64,000 bases of DNA from Sedimentisphaerales bacterium (GCA_963708075.1 OY970194.1:4928001-4992000); one strand, 5' to 3'. Shown: positions 38,204-48,938, counted from the first letter of the stretch. The notes: a model not told the origin generated them from the letters alone. Translations and numbers: made by a program.

Positions 38204-39787
38204 TCATCGCCAGCTCAGGTACTTCTTGAAGTCCGCGTAGAGCACCCGGGGCGACCTCGTGTACTGGATGGTCCTTGCCCGGGCCCTGCTGACGAGCCGC
38301 CGGAAACTCTTGTTGTACGTATGGAACCTGTCTTTCATCTCCTGCTCCAGCGGCTCGAACTGCTCCGGCTCGATCGTCTCGACCTGGCGTCGAGAATCGG
38401 CCTTGTAGTAGTGATTCGGCGGCACTGCGTAAAACTCCCCCATACGCATGCTTGGTTTCACCAGGCCCCTGCGGATCCCTTCATGAAACATGACGGTCTC
38501 CGGAAACGGCTCATAGACTCCTATGGCGGCGAAGTCGGGCCTGACCTCGTACATCAAAGCAAGTGTTCTGCGAATGTCCTCTAGGCTTTCACCGGGGGTG
38601 CCTATGAGGAAATACCCCGTCCAGTGGATGCCCACCTTCCTGAAGAGGCGGGCCGCCGCATGGATCTGGTCGAGCGTGATCCGCTTGTTCATCCGTTCGA
38701 GCACCCGCTCGCTGCCGGATTCGATCCCCACCTTCACGCTGTTGCAGCCGGCCCGCTTCATAGTCCTGAGCATCTCCTCCGTCACCAGGTCCACGCGCGT
38801 ATTGCATTCCCAGCCGATGCGAAGCCCCTCGCGGGCCAGAGCGCCGCAGAACTCGGCGACCCGCTTCTTGTCCACGGTGAAGGAATCGTCCTTGAGCGTG
38901 AAGTGCACGGTGCCGAAGGTGTCTCTGACGTGGCGGATCTCGCGGAGGACGTGCTCGATGGAGCGGTACCGGACCTGCCGGTTGTCCGTGGCGCAGAATG
39001 TGCACGAGAACGGGCAGCCCCGGCTGGTCATGATCAGGCCCATGTCCTCGGGCGAGTACGTGGCGCGGTTCATCATCAGAGTCCGGTCAGGCGGAGCAAA
39101 GCCGTCGAGGTCTCTGATCTTATGCCGGAGGGGGTTATGGCGGATTGCTCCGCGCGTGCGAAATGATAAGCCGTCTATTACCTCAAGGGTGGCAGCGTCA
39201 AGCGCAGCTTGGCGATGGTCTTCCTGGGGTACGGCACGGCCATCGCCAAGGCCTTCGGCCTTGACGCTGCCACCCGACGAATCCGCAATCCGCAACCCGC
39301 AATCTGCAATTGCCCCGATCAGTTCCCGTGCCGTGATTTCTCCCTCGCCTCGCACTACGTAGTCGACGGCCGGGCAGATCGTCAGGACTTCTTCCGCTCT
39401 GACGGTAGCGTGCGGCCCGCCGACAATGACCGGACAAGCCGGGTGGACGGCCTTGCTGATCTCCGCAACGCGGAAGGCGGACGCGGCGTAGGCGGTGCAC
39501 ATCGTGATGCCGACCACGTCCGGTCGGGCCGCCGCGATGGTCTGCCGCACCTCCTTCCAGACGGGATTGTCCGGCTCGTGGAAGGAATCGAGGTACTTCC
39601 CGTGGTACCGTGTCAGACACGCGTTGCCGATGATCGATGGGTTCTCGTTGTAGTCGGCGTCATAGACAATCACCTCGTGGCCGGCGTCGCGAAGCGACGT
39701 CCCCACGCTCACCAGGCCGAGCGGAAAATACCGGTTATAGAAGCCGATCAGCCTGTAAAACGGCGGATCTATGAGAAGAACTTTCAC
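38204..39787 (-). CDS. B12-binding radical SAM protein (class B methyltransferase-like) with an in-frame repeat insert
   Basis: PLGL, VGGPHAT, VRGEGE, TSRGCPFSCTFC, DDSFT, GIESGS and GTPGE. Confidence 0.9.
   Translation of the reverse strand: MKVLLIDPPFYRLIGFYNRYFPLGLVSVGTSLRDAGHEVIVYDADYNENPSIIGNACLTRYHGKYLDSFHEPDNPVWKEVRQTIAAARPDVVGITMCTAYAASAFRVAEISKAVHPACPVIVGGPHATVRAEEVLTICPAVDYVVRGEGEITARELIGAIADCGLRIADSSGGSVKAEGLGDGRAVPQEDHRQAALDAATLEVIDGLSFRTRGAIRHNPLRHKIRDLDGFAPPDRTLMMNRATYSPEDMGLIMTSRGCPFSCTFCATDNRQVRYRSIEHVLREIRHVRDTFGTVHFTLKDDSFTVDKKRVAEFCGALAREGLRIGWECNTRVDLVTEEMLRTMKRAGCNSVKVGIESGSERVLERMNKRITLDQIHAAARLFRKVGIHWTGYFLIGTPGESLEDIRRTLALMYEVRPDFAAIGVYEPFPETVMFHEGIRRGLVKPSMRMGEFYAVPPNHYYKADSRRQVETIEPEQFEPLEQEMKDRFHTYNKSFRRLVSRARARTIQYTRSPRVLYADFKKYLSWR
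39187..39275. repeat. 89-bp family A element inside the radical SAM CDS
   Basis: Same arms as 3986-4074, followed by AATCCGC heptamers to ~39310. Confidence 0.9.
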
Positions 39788-39843
39788 GGCCGCTCCTTCA
39801 CCCAAGTCTGTGGCCCGGGAGGAAATGCCACACGCTGTGCGGG

Positions 39844-41238
39844 TCACCAATTGTCATGGTCTTCCAGCTTAATTCCTCTTGTGTCGTCCAAGTATGCGTC
39901 CACGTTGATGGGCCGGCCCTTGAACAGGATCTCGCGAGCGACAATCCACATCTGGCCAAGGATCAACCGGATCTCTTCCATCGGCGTCAGACAGGAAAGC
40001 GCCGCATAGTCGTTCCGTGCCCGTTGTGATTGCAGGATGAAGGAATGGGCCTTTATCGTCAGGCTGCCGTTGACCACCCACGGAGATTCAGACAGATTCA
40101 CAAAGACCATGTCGAACGGCAGCTTCCACGCCACGTGCTTTCGCCTGTCCACCGCCTTGCATCGTTGTCCCCCAAAGCGCAGTGCCTGCCTCGTCTCGAC
40201 AGAGACGATCCCCGACGCCGGAACGACAGGTAGTACGAGGCTGTTTTCATGGATGTTCACGGGCTGATCGCAAGACACACGCGGTGCCGGGCCCGACAGG
40301 GCGATCTGAACGTCACGAACGTCCTGCTCGTTCGTGTTAATGAGCCAGAACGCTTGCCGGTTGTGCGCGAGGAACAGGCCCTGCATCAATCGGAGCCGCC
40401 GCATGATGTGCGACACCGTATCGACGAGGATATCTGGATCGCCGGTGAGAGAATCGATTGCCGTTGTGAATCGCGGGTCAAGCTCCAGCGTGTGCGGGTC
40501 CGCGTACCGGTACAGGTACTGGTATAGAACCGTGAGGCCGTAGTTGCGTTTGAGCATCGCGCGAGCCTGCTCTGTGGCGCAGTCAATGATCCGCCGCTTC
40601 GTGGCGGCGAACCAGCCGTTGACGCAGGGCTTGCGGGGATCGAAGCAGGGCATGGATGGGTTGCGCTTCAGCGTGTCGATGGCGCGCGTCCGGAACAGCC
40701 GGACGTGGTTGATCGTTTTTTTGCAGATGTCGCCCCAGAAGAAGGGACTCGATTCGACCTCGCCGCTGCAGGTGTGCTTCGAGTAATGCGTCAGAAACCA
40801 TCGCAGTACCGGCAGCGATGTCACCTTGTCTTCCCAGTAGAGGTTGTCCGCGTTCTTGGAGTGGCAGATGAACGTGTCGGAGGGAGCGATGTTGCGTTCG
40901 AGGAAATCGAAGGCTTTGCGCGTGTATTCGCGCGGATTGTTGCCGGCGGAGGCCCCGTGAAGACAGACCTCAAAGCCGTGCTCGTGCAGCGTGCGGCAGT
41001 ACTCCAGGTATCGCGGGTCTTCCAGCGTGACCCCACGCAGGGCGGAGTCCGGCACAGGCGGGATGCCGCACCGGTCCGTCGGCTTGAACACCCAGACCGT
41101 CTTGGTCGTCCGGAAGTTCCGGGCCAGCAGGAAATCATAGACGGCCTTGACCTGCTCGAAGGTCGCTGCGTCGGTATCGTCCGTGATGCAGAAGCCTGCC
41201 TTGTACGGGTACGGCGGCCATACGAGCTTCGCCTTCAT
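39844..41238 (-). CDS. Hypothetical protein, polysaccharide deacetylase-like N-terminus
   Basis: FCITDDTD, TTKTVW and EVCLHG motifs. Confidence 0.6.
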   Translation of the reverse strand: MKAKLVWPPYPYKAGFCITDDTDAATFEQVKAVYDFLLARNFRTTKTVWVFKPTDRCGIPPVPDSALRGVTLEDPRYLEYCRTLHEHGFEVCLHGASAGNNPREYTRKAFDFLERNIAPSDTFICHSKNADNLYWEDKVTSLPVLRWFLTHYSKHTCSGEVESSPFFWGDICKKTINHVRLFRTRAIDTLKRNPSMPCFDPRKPCVNGWFAATKRRIIDCATEQARAMLKRNYGLTVLYQYLYRYADPHTLELDPRFTTAIDSLTGDPDILVDTVSHIMRRLRLMQGLFLAHNRQAFWLINTNEQDVRDVQIALSGPAPRVSCDQPVNIHENSLVLPVVPASGIVSVETRQALRFGGQRCKAVDRRKHVAWKLPFDMVFVNLSESPWVVNGSLTIKAHSFILQSQRARNDYAALSCLTPMEEIRLILGQMWIVAREILFKGRPINVDAYLDDTRGIKLEDHDNW

Positions 41239-42011
41239 CAGTCCCTGACTCCCTTGACCATAATGATCCCGGCGAGTCGGCGAAGCGGGCCCAGCCGCTC
41301 GAACGTGACATCGACCGCCTTGAACAGGGGCAGCAAAGTCTCGGGCAGCCGCTTGGTCGTGAAGAGGAACTGCTTGACGTCCTCGACTCTGAACCCGGCG
41401 TTGGTGAAAAGCTGCACGGCCTGTGCTTTCGTGTAGAGCGTGTCATGAATATGCGGGGCGATGCCGAGAAGGCGCTTGATCGCGCCGTGCCAAGGCGAAT
41501 GCCGGTTGGGGAAATCGACGATGGCGACGCCGCCCGGTCGCAGCTTCCTGTGGATTGAATCCAACGCGGCTTGCGGATTCGGGCAGAAACGAATTGTGGA
41601 GAACGAGAGCACCACATCGAAGGCATCATCCGGCAGCATCGCGAGGCTCTCCGCGTCGTCCACGACAAAGGACACGTTCGTGATTCCGTAGTGCTTCAGC
41701 CGCTTCTCGGCCACGCAAATGCTGTCGGCCGACAGGTCCACGGCGGTCAGGTGCCTGAACTTGGCGGCCAGCAGCGAGGTCATGTGTCCGAAGCTGCAAC
41801 CGATCTCCAGGACCTTCGACTCATACGACGCCGATGTCCCGGCGAGCTTCAGGGCCTCCGTGACTTTCCGGTCGATGAAGTAGTGGGAAGCCCTGGATTC
41901 CGGCACCCGCGAGTTGCCGCCCGCGGAGAGCCATGCAGCGCTATTCAGCTCCCTGGCCTCGCTATCGTATTTGGCGAGCATATCCGCCTTGATCCTGGCC
42001 GACGTGTCCAT
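41238..42011 (-). CDS. Class I SAM-dependent methyltransferase
   Basis: VLEIGCSFG, AVDLS, FDVV and LRPGG. Confidence 0.88.
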   Translation of the reverse strand: MDTSARIKADMLAKYDSEARELNSAAWLSAGGNSRVPESRASHYFIDRKVTEALKLAGTSASYESKVLEIGCSFGHMTSLLAAKFRHLTAVDLSADSICVAEKRLKHYGITNVSFVVDDAESLAMLPDDAFDVVLSFSTIRFCPNPQAALDSIHRKLRPGGVAIVDFPNRHSPWHGAIKRLLGIAPHIHDTLYTKAQAVQLFTNAGFRVEDVKQFLFTTKRLPETLLPLFKAVDVTFERLGPLRRLAGIIMVKGVRD

Positions 42012-43179
42012 TCCTTTGGTCCCTGGCAGAAATCACGCGTTCATACAGAGCCTTCTGCTGCCGTGCCACCGCGTCGACGGCAAATTCGGTCTCCACCCTG
42101 TGCCGGGCGGCCTGCACCATCTGCCGGACCTGCTCGTCCGGCATCCGCAGGTACGTTGTCACCGTGTCGGCGATAGCCTGCGGCTCGCGGGGCGGCACGA
42201 CAAATCCGGTCCGGCCGTGGAGCACCATCTCCGACACCGCCCCGACATCCGTCGCCACGACGGGCACCTTCATCGCCATCGCCTCCAGCAGCGCCACCGG
42301 ACAGGACTCCTCGATGGAAGCGAGCACGAAGACATCCAGGGCCGACAGGATCGCCGGGACATCCTCGCGAAAGCCCGTGAAGACGACATCCTGCTTCAAG
42401 CCGAGCTGCTCCGTCAACTGTTGCAGATGGTCCCAGTACCCGCCGTCGGTGTCGAGCCTTCGGCCGACGATCACGAATTTGGCGGCCGGGACCCGGCTCT
42501 TGATCCGGCCGGCAGCCTCGATGAAATACGTGAGTCCCTTGAAGCGGTTCACGTTGCGGATCGTACCGATCAGCGCGCAGTCGGCAGGGACACCCAGCCC
42601 CTGCCTGACTTTGCGGCGTAGCTCCGGGCCGCGCTCGTCCGGCGTGAACTTCTCCGTATCCGCACACGAGTGAAGCACGATGGTCTTGTCCCGCAGCTTC
42701 GGGTTGCCGGCGGTGTACTGCTTTTTGAGGCTCTCGCCCTGCACGAGGACCGTCGAGGACAGGCGGGTCATCAGAGGCATGAGCACCGGCCGCAGCGGGC
42801 GGGGCAGGTAGTCGTTGTAGAGCCAGACAATCGGCCGGCCCGTCAGCCGCGCCGCCAGCGCCGGCACAAAATTTGTCACGCCATCGACATGTACAATATC
42901 GATGTCATTGGCTTTGATGATCCGACACAGCCGCCACAGCGTGTACGGCAGCGTGGCACCGAAGACGAGCAGATGCGGGATCGCCCAGCGCCGCCGGAAG
43001 CACTGGATATGCCTGCAAGCGTAGGAGCGAAAGCCCTCGGGCTGCCAGGTCTCGCCGCCTTTGTAGCCGGTCAGGAAGATCGTCTCGATGTTGTACGCCC
43101 GCAACCGCCGCGCGACGGCATGTGCCCGCCGGTGGGGTCCGCCGCAACGATTGTCGAGGATGCAGTAGAGGACTTTCAT
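41962..43179 (-). CDS. Glycosyltransferase family 4
   Basis: KG...FIEAA, FTGFREDV, E..PVALLEAMA..VPVVATDVG. Confidence 0.9.
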   Translation of the reverse strand: MKVLYCILDNRCGGPHRRAHAVARRLRAYNIETIFLTGYKGGETWQPEGFRSYACRHIQCFRRRWAIPHLLVFGATLPYTLWRLCRIIKANDIDIVHVDGVTNFVPALAARLTGRPIVWLYNDYLPRPLRPVLMPLMTRLSSTVLVQGESLKKQYTAGNPKLRDKTIVLHSCADTEKFTPDERGPELRRKVRQGLGVPADCALIGTIRNVNRFKGLTYFIEAAGRIKSRVPAAKFVIVGRRLDTDGGYWDHLQQLTEQLGLKQDVVFTGFREDVPAILSALDVFVLASIEESCPVALLEAMAMKVPVVATDVGAVSEMVLHGRTGFVVPPREPQAIADTVTTYLRMPDEQVRQMVQAARHRVETEFAVDAVARQQKALYERVISARDQRNGHVGQDQGGYARQIR

Positions 43180-44582
43180 CGCTTGCCTGTCTCCTGATCG
43201 CCCGCGACAGGCACTGCGGCCCGCTGCCAGTGCCTGGGTTTCTTGAAATCAAGCCGCGGAACCTCATCGAGTGACATCGGCCTGGTCCGGCCGCTCTGTT
43301 CTACGTGGACTACGCTCAACCCGGCAAGGTCGGCGGCGAATCGCGATTTCCTGTGGGTCAGAGCGTGGTACACCATTGGGATTCGGGCGATGTTGTATCC
43401 AACAACGCGGGTCAGGACGGCATCGATGCACGCGGGGTTTTCGCCGCCAACCAGGAGGCCAGCCGATTTGGGCGAAGGCTTCACAGGTCCCTGTCCCTCG
43501 CCTGCGATGATGCCATCGACGACCGTGAGGATATGCCTGGGGGCCTTGGAGCCGAAATAGATTGCGTGGTTTAAGTCGAGGATCGTTCGCCAGAGGGTGT
43601 CGTTGCCGCTCCAACTGCCGCCTGAGATCATGCCGCCGCCGGCGCCAATCGCCGCGGCTTTGAGCATCCGGTGTGCGGTGGAATAAGCGATCCGCTTAGG
43701 GACAGACATTGTCGCGTAGGTCTCCCACCAGTCGTCGTACAGCCGGTCCGCCCATCGGGAGAACACGTTGCCCGTACAATAGCAGTCTCCACCCTCGAAG
43801 TAGGAGCCTCGGATATGGTGCGGCAGGGATTCTTTGGGGCCGCAGATTCCGACGAGGTTCTTCAACGCCCCGGTCAGGCCGGTCTTCATGTGCGTCTTGA
43901 GCTTCGGCAGGTTGATGAGCAGATCGGCATCGAGGACGCGCTTGACGAACAGGTACTTGTGTCGGCCGGGGCCATGGTGGGCGAGCATCAGGCTCGGCTT
44001 GTACATCGTTACCCGGAAGTCCTTCGCGTAGTCACCGATCTCTTCGAGAAAACTGTCCCGGCCGAGATCCATGGACTGGTACTCCCCATCATCCTTGCCC
44101 ACCTGCGGCGAGATGGGACAGCCGGTCATTTTGCCCTGCAGTTGGAGGACCGTCGAACGCCAGTCCTGCACCTCGATCTTCAACGCAGGATACTCGCGCT
44201 TCACCATCTCCAGCAGTTCGCTCATTCGGCTGAGCCGCAGGAGCGCCTCGAAATTGCAGCCCTGAAGCGGCGAGTCTCCGATGATAATCGTGCCCGTCCC
44301 TTGCATCGCCGCCGCACACGCATAGATCATGTGCCGGATCAGGGACGTGTGCGTCACGAGGGACTCAATGCTGTAACCGAGGGGATTGTGATCCATCACC
44401 CAGTTGGGCTTGATGACGGCGGTGCCGCCGGGGTTAAGCCATTGCCTGAAGGGATTATCCGGGTCACAGCCCCACGCCGACCACAGCCGCCGCAGCGCGA
44501 GCAGGACGGGATCGTCGGCCTTGTCGTATGGGAACGATTCATAGGCCGGCTCTGCGAGCACCATGTAAACCTCGGACCTCAT
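43176..44582 (-). CDS. DUF362 family protein
   Basis: VIKPNWV, GDSPLQ, NLPKLKTH...TGALKN and VDGIIAGEGQGP. Confidence 0.85.
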   Translation of the reverse strand: MRSEVYMVLAEPAYESFPYDKADDPVLLALRRLWSAWGCDPDNPFRQWLNPGGTAVIKPNWVMDHNPLGYSIESLVTHTSLIRHMIYACAAAMQGTGTIIIGDSPLQGCNFEALLRLSRMSELLEMVKREYPALKIEVQDWRSTVLQLQGKMTGCPISPQVGKDDGEYQSMDLGRDSFLEEIGDYAKDFRVTMYKPSLMLAHHGPGRHKYLFVKRVLDADLLINLPKLKTHMKTGLTGALKNLVGICGPKESLPHHIRGSYFEGGDCYCTGNVFSRWADRLYDDWWETYATMSVPKRIAYSTAHRMLKAAAIGAGGGMISGGSWSGNDTLWRTILDLNHAIYFGSKAPRHILTVVDGIIAGEGQGPVKPSPKSAGLLVGGENPACIDAVLTRVVGYNIARIPMVYHALTHRKSRFAADLAGLSVVHVEQSGRTRPMSLDEVPRLDFKKPRHWQRAAVPVAGDQETGKR

Positions 44583-44760
44583 CGAGCATCCCCTCTCAGG
44601 TCGAGCGTACCCCCGAAGAACAGGCCACAGCAGGGAGGATCGAACCGTTCCCGGCCCCCACCATGATGCAGCATCAGGTCCCCAAGGTACGCTCTGTCGC
44701 GACAACTGGATAGATGCGCCCGAGTATAATCATGGAACCTGCAATCGATGGGTGAGGAAT

Positions 44761-45675
44761 TTACTCATTTGGCAGCCGCAGCATATCTCCAAGGACATTG
44801 AGGAAGTCACGAGTATAGTAGGTGATGAAACCGGCGGCGGGAGTGAACGTCAGTTCTCCGAAGATGGGATTGCCACTGACTTCATATAGATCGACACGCA
44901 CAAAGGGAAACGGCCGCGAGAGGTCCCTGGCTATTTCCAACATCGTTGCATAGGAGCGCGGCTTCGGTATGTCTATGCCGGTGCGTTCCCCCTCGACCAG
45001 GTACTCATCGCGCGTGTTCCAGTCGAGATCGTATACGACTTTGGATACGTGCCCTCCAATGACTCTATTGCACAACACCAGGCAAAACGCCGGTTCCCCA
45101 TGGAAGCAGTGGAATTTGTAGTCGATCAATGATGTCGATAGCCCCCCATCCTGCTCCAGGTATCGTTCCGCCAATATGCGTGGCGTCATCCGCCTGTAGT
45201 ACGGTTCTGCCGTAACGACTCCAAATGGCGTTCGCAGCCAGTGCTCCAACTGTCTGCGAGTGTCGGCGATATCCAGAGCAGCTTTGTCTTTGACGAGAAT
45301 TACGGCCGCACTCGCGTTGTTGGCCTTAAGAACAAAGGATGCGGGCAATACACTGAAATCGATGTCCTTTGCCCGCGAATACACGCCAAACAGCTCATTC
45401 AGCATGCTTGCGTAGCCGTACTCTCGAACGTAGTCCCGCACTTTCACTTTGTCCGCCAGTTCCACCCATCGCGACGTGTCGGATCGGAACTTCATCCATT
45501 GTATTTTCGCGTTGAAATCTCTTGGGGCATTGAGGTCCAATGCATGCCCGGCCACCCTTCGATAGCGATAGGCCGCCACTGCCTCGGGGCCTATGATTCC
45601 CAGCGCACAGGTCCGGGCTCTGCACATCCCGTTGTGCAGCCATCTGCCGGTTGCTTTGTAAGCTGTACGGATCAT
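44761..45675 (-). CDS. TupA-like ATP-grasp protein (polysaccharide modification)
   Basis: F.AKIQW.K, LADK..VR.YV, FVLKAN, DYKFHCF.G, FVRVDLY and FGELTFTPAAG; lower GC than neighbours. Confidence 0.85.
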   Translation of the reverse strand: MIRTAYKATGRWLHNGMCRARTCALGIIGPEAVAAYRYRRVAGHALDLNAPRDFNAKIQWMKFRSDTSRWVELADKVKVRDYVREYGYASMLNELFGVYSRAKDIDFSVLPASFVLKANNASAAVILVKDKAALDIADTRRQLEHWLRTPFGVVTAEPYYRRMTPRILAERYLEQDGGLSTSLIDYKFHCFHGEPAFCLVLCNRVIGGHVSKVVYDLDWNTRDEYLVEGERTGIDIPKPRSYATMLEIARDLSRPFPFVRVDLYEVSGNPIFGELTFTPAAGFITYYTRDFLNVLGDMLRLPNE

Positions 45676-46913
45676 TTCGTAGTCGTATCGTCTTTGGGTA
45701 GTCCGTAACGCAGGAAGAGAAAGCCGAACAGAATCTGTAAGTACACCTGGTTCGAGAACAGGAAATAGTTGTAGAAGGAAAAGAGGATGAATACCAGCAA
45801 CACCAGGTAAAGGTTGAGGTAAGGAAACCAGGAGGCGGCCCGAGCCCGCAACATGGAGACTGCCAGGCCGAGCGCGTAGGGCGCCGCCACCACGCCGACC
45901 ATGCCGAAGTCCTCGTAGAAGTTCCGCAGGTAGGTGTACACGTTCGCCAGGTACGGGACCAGGACGAATTCACCGAAGACGGAGATGTCGGTCTCGGGCG
46001 CCAGGTGGAACCGGTAGAGCCATTTGTAGAACGGGAAGAACATGTATTGCCCAAGATGGTAGCGGCCATCAAAGGTGGTGAGGAATTCGTTGAATGCTGC
46101 CAGCGGTGAGGCCAGGTACCAGAAGAGATGATAGACGAAGCCCTGGAGGCGGTCGGGCCGGTCATACTCGGCGCTCTTGCGAAGCAGCAGGTCGATGATA
46201 AAGAACAGCACGACCACAGCCGCCAGCGGAAGCAACAGGGTGAGGGCAGAATGTCCCGCGGCCGGGCGGCGATCCAAGCCGCGAACGAAGCAGTACGCGA
46301 ACACCATGTACACGATGTTGACCGTGGCCTCCTGGCGGCTGACGCTGGTCAGGCCGATGGCCAGCGTGATCAGCAGGAAGCCCACCAGATAGAAGTACTT
46401 CCGGCGGCTGGTGTCTACGTGCAGGAGCACACCCAGCAGTACGAACCCAAGGGAGAACACGCTGCTCGTGATCGAATTCAGCATCACGACCCAACTGGTC
46501 TCGAACACGCCGGCGGTGACAAACATCGCGAATCCGTCGCGAAGCATACCCGGATGGGTCAGCAGCTCGGGAACGCTCGTGCCGAGGCTCGAAGCGATGG
46601 CCGCGGTCCGGTACAATGCCAGCGCCAGTGCAAGCAGTCCCATGAGGGCCGCGAGCGGGAGTATGCGCATGATTCGTTCGGGGCTGAGGCCTCGGGCCGG
46701 GGACACAGGCTCGACCGGCGGAAGGAACCGCCGGAACGCTGCCCAGGTCAGGTAGCCCAGCGAGAAACCGCCCACGTTCAGCAGCACCGCCGCCCAGAGG
46801 AGCGACGCAGGGGCTGGGAACGTCCCCGCGTACACGCCGCCCAAGTACAGGGCGACCGCCGTCCCCCAGACGGATAGAAACAGCACCAGCGGGTTCATGA
46901 GGTATCGAATCAT
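45672..46913 (-). CDS. wzy: O-antigen/oligosaccharide repeat polymerase
   Basis: About 10 TM helices; NVYT.L..FYEDFG..G motif; polysaccharide cluster context. Confidence 0.75.
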   Translation of the reverse strand: MIRYLMNPLVLFLSVWGTAVALYLGGVYAGTFPAPASLLWAAVLLNVGGFSLGYLTWAAFRRFLPPVEPVSPARGLSPERIMRILPLAALMGLLALALALYRTAAIASSLGTSVPELLTHPGMLRDGFAMFVTAGVFETSWVVMLNSITSSVFSLGFVLLGVLLHVDTSRRKYFYLVGFLLITLAIGLTSVSRQEATVNIVYMVFAYCFVRGLDRRPAAGHSALTLLLPLAAVVVLFFIIDLLLRKSAEYDRPDRLQGFVYHLFWYLASPLAAFNEFLTTFDGRYHLGQYMFFPFYKWLYRFHLAPETDISVFGEFVLVPYLANVYTYLRNFYEDFGMVGVVAAPYALGLAVSMLRARAASWFPYLNLYLVLLVFILFSFYNYFLFSNQVYLQILFGFLFLRYGLPKDDTTTK

Positions 46914-47848
46914 CCGGCCAGATCATCCCTCTTGCCGAGGCGTCCGGTGAGCCCGTCGGCGATCGCGCGAAGCATCAGCCTCATTCCCGCCCTGCCGTGG
47001 CGAAGCCCCAGAATAAGACCCGTGAGAGTCAGTTTGAAGTTCCGCAGCGCGGCGTGCTTGAAATGCCGGTTTACGATGAAGGTGTTGCGGATAGTGTAAT
47101 ACTGCCTCGATCCGAACGCCCCCGGCTGCTGCCTTGGGTGATAGACCCTGCTATCCACGACAGTGTACAGGCGGAACCTTTTGGCCGCCCGGAATTGGAA
47201 GTCCGTTTCATCGCCGTAAATGAAGAACTCCCTGCGGGGCAAGCCCACCTCCTCCACCACCCGGGCGGGCACGAACGTCCCATTGAACGGGCAGATCCAG
47301 CGATAGAGTCCGTCGTGTACCTTGTCCGATACTTCGCTGAGCCGCCAGTGAAAGGCCCCCATCCTCGGAGAGCCACTGGCCGACATTTCGCGCAGCGGGA
47401 ACGCAAGCGCGTCGCCATCCTGCTCGTCGCGGGCAAGCACCAGCGAATTCAGGGTGAAGGGCTCACCCTGTGCGGCCATCAGCTCCTCCTTCTTTCGGAC
47501 GAGCGTGTCGAGCGCATCCGGCGCTGCCAGCACATCATCATCCATCAGCCACAGCCAGTCGAAGCCCGCTCCCGCAGCGCGCTCCATGCCCTCCGCGAAG
47601 CCCCCGGCGCCGCCTGCATTCTCCGGCATTTGAACGTAGTGCACCGCCGTGTGATTGTCGGCTGGAGACATCAATCCCCGGGCGAGCAGATACTCATGCG
47701 TTCCGTCGGTGGAGGCGTTGTCGATGATGTACAGCCCATCGAGCGGACGGCTCTGGCCAAGCAGCGAGTCCAGGCACTCGCCCAGCAACCGCTTGCGGTT
47801 GTACGTCACCACGATGGCGGCAATCCTCTCTGGCTTGTTCTCAGGCAC
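46910..47848 (-). CDS. Glycosyltransferase family 2 (galactofuranosyltransferase-like)
   Basis: VVTYNR, IIDNASTDGT, N.GGAGGF, WLMDDD and FIYGDE; adjacent to glf. Confidence 0.85.
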   Translation of the reverse strand: MPENKPERIAAIVVTYNRKRLLGECLDSLLGQSRPLDGLYIIDNASTDGTHEYLLARGLMSPADNHTAVHYVQMPENAGGAGGFAEGMERAAGAGFDWLWLMDDDVLAAPDALDTLVRKKEELMAAQGEPFTLNSLVLARDEQDGDALAFPLREMSASGSPRMGAFHWRLSEVSDKVHDGLYRWICPFNGTFVPARVVEEVGLPRREFFIYGDETDFQFRAAKRFRLYTVVDSRVYHPRQQPGAFGSRQYYTIRNTFIVNRHFKHAALRNFKLTLTGLILGLRHGRAGMRLMLRAIADGLTGRLGKRDDLAG

Positions 47849-48938
47849 GGTCCTGAATCTCCCGAAAGACGTTCAACGCTCGCTCGACAACCTCGTCCAT
47901 ATTCAGATACTGGTACTGGGCCAGCCTGCCGACAAAGTGCGTGTCATCCAGCCTGTCCGCGTCAGCCCTGTAGCGGGCGTAGAGCGCGTGGTTGGCCGGC
48001 GTAGGTATGGGGTAACAGGCGGGCCCTTCCTCGCTGCCGTACTCGTAGCAGATCGTCGTCTGCGGATTCTGCTGCAGATACAACTGCTTGAATTCGGTGA
48101 TCCGTGTGTACTCCTGGTGGTTGGGATAGTTGACCACGGCAGCATTCTGAAAGCGTTCGACGGGCAGGGTCTCGAATCGGAACTCAAGGCCTCTGTACGG
48201 CAACCGGCCGTACCGCCAGTTGAAGAATTCGTCGATCGCGCCGGTGAAGATACACCCCGCGGCATCGACCGATCCCGCGACGTCCCGGTAGTCCGTCTCC
48301 AGGCGAACCTCGATGTCCCGGCTGTCCAGCATCCGCTCGAACATCCGCGTGTAGCCCTCTGTGGGTAGGCCCTGCCAGGCGTCCGTGAAGTACCGTGTGT
48401 CCCGGTCAAAGCGTACCGGCAGCCGGCCCGTCACCTGCGGATCGAGTTGCTCCGGGTACAGATCCCACTGCTTCTTCGTGTAGTTTCGGAACAGCAATTC
48501 GTAAAGTTCCGTGCCGACCTGCGAGACCACCACGTCCCGCGCGTTCTCGATCCGGGCGAGCCTGACCCTTCGCTGCTCGAAGTACTCCCGCATCTCCTCG
48601 GCCGTGAATGTCCGCTCGCAGAGCCGCTCCATCGTGTCGAGGTTGATGGGCAGGTACACCCGCTTTGTCCCGAGGTTGGCGAGCACGCGGTGCACGTAGC
48701 CGTTCCATTCCGTGAACTGCGAAAGATAGTCCCACACGGCCCTATTGTTCGTGTGAAAGATATGCGGCCCGTACCGCTGGACGAGCAGGCCGTGGTCGTC
48801 GCGAAAATCGTACGCGTTTCCGCCGATGTGGTTGCGGCGCTCGACGAGCAGGACCCGCTTGTGCAGAGCGTTGGCCAGCCGCTCCGCGAGCACGCATCCG
48901 GCAAAGCCGGTCCCGACGATGAGATAATCATACCTCAC
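47841..48938 (-). CDS. glf: UDP-galactopyranose mutase
   Basis: GTGFAG, R.HIGGNAYD, YGPHIFHT, YTKKQW, TRITEFK and GRLAQYQY.NMD. Confidence 0.95.
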   Translation of the reverse strand: MRYDYLIVGTGFAGCVLAERLANALHKRVLLVERRNHIGGNAYDFRDDHGLLVQRYGPHIFHTNNRAVWDYLSQFTEWNGYVHRVLANLGTKRVYLPINLDTMERLCERTFTAEEMREYFEQRRVRLARIENARDVVVSQVGTELYELLFRNYTKKQWDLYPEQLDPQVTGRLPVRFDRDTRYFTDAWQGLPTEGYTRMFERMLDSRDIEVRLETDYRDVAGSVDAAGCIFTGAIDEFFNWRYGRLPYRGLEFRFETLPVERFQNAAVVNYPNHQEYTRITEFKQLYLQQNPQTTICYEYGSEEGPACYPIPTPANHALYARYRADADRLDDTHFVGRLAQYQYLNMDEVVERALNVFREIQDRA

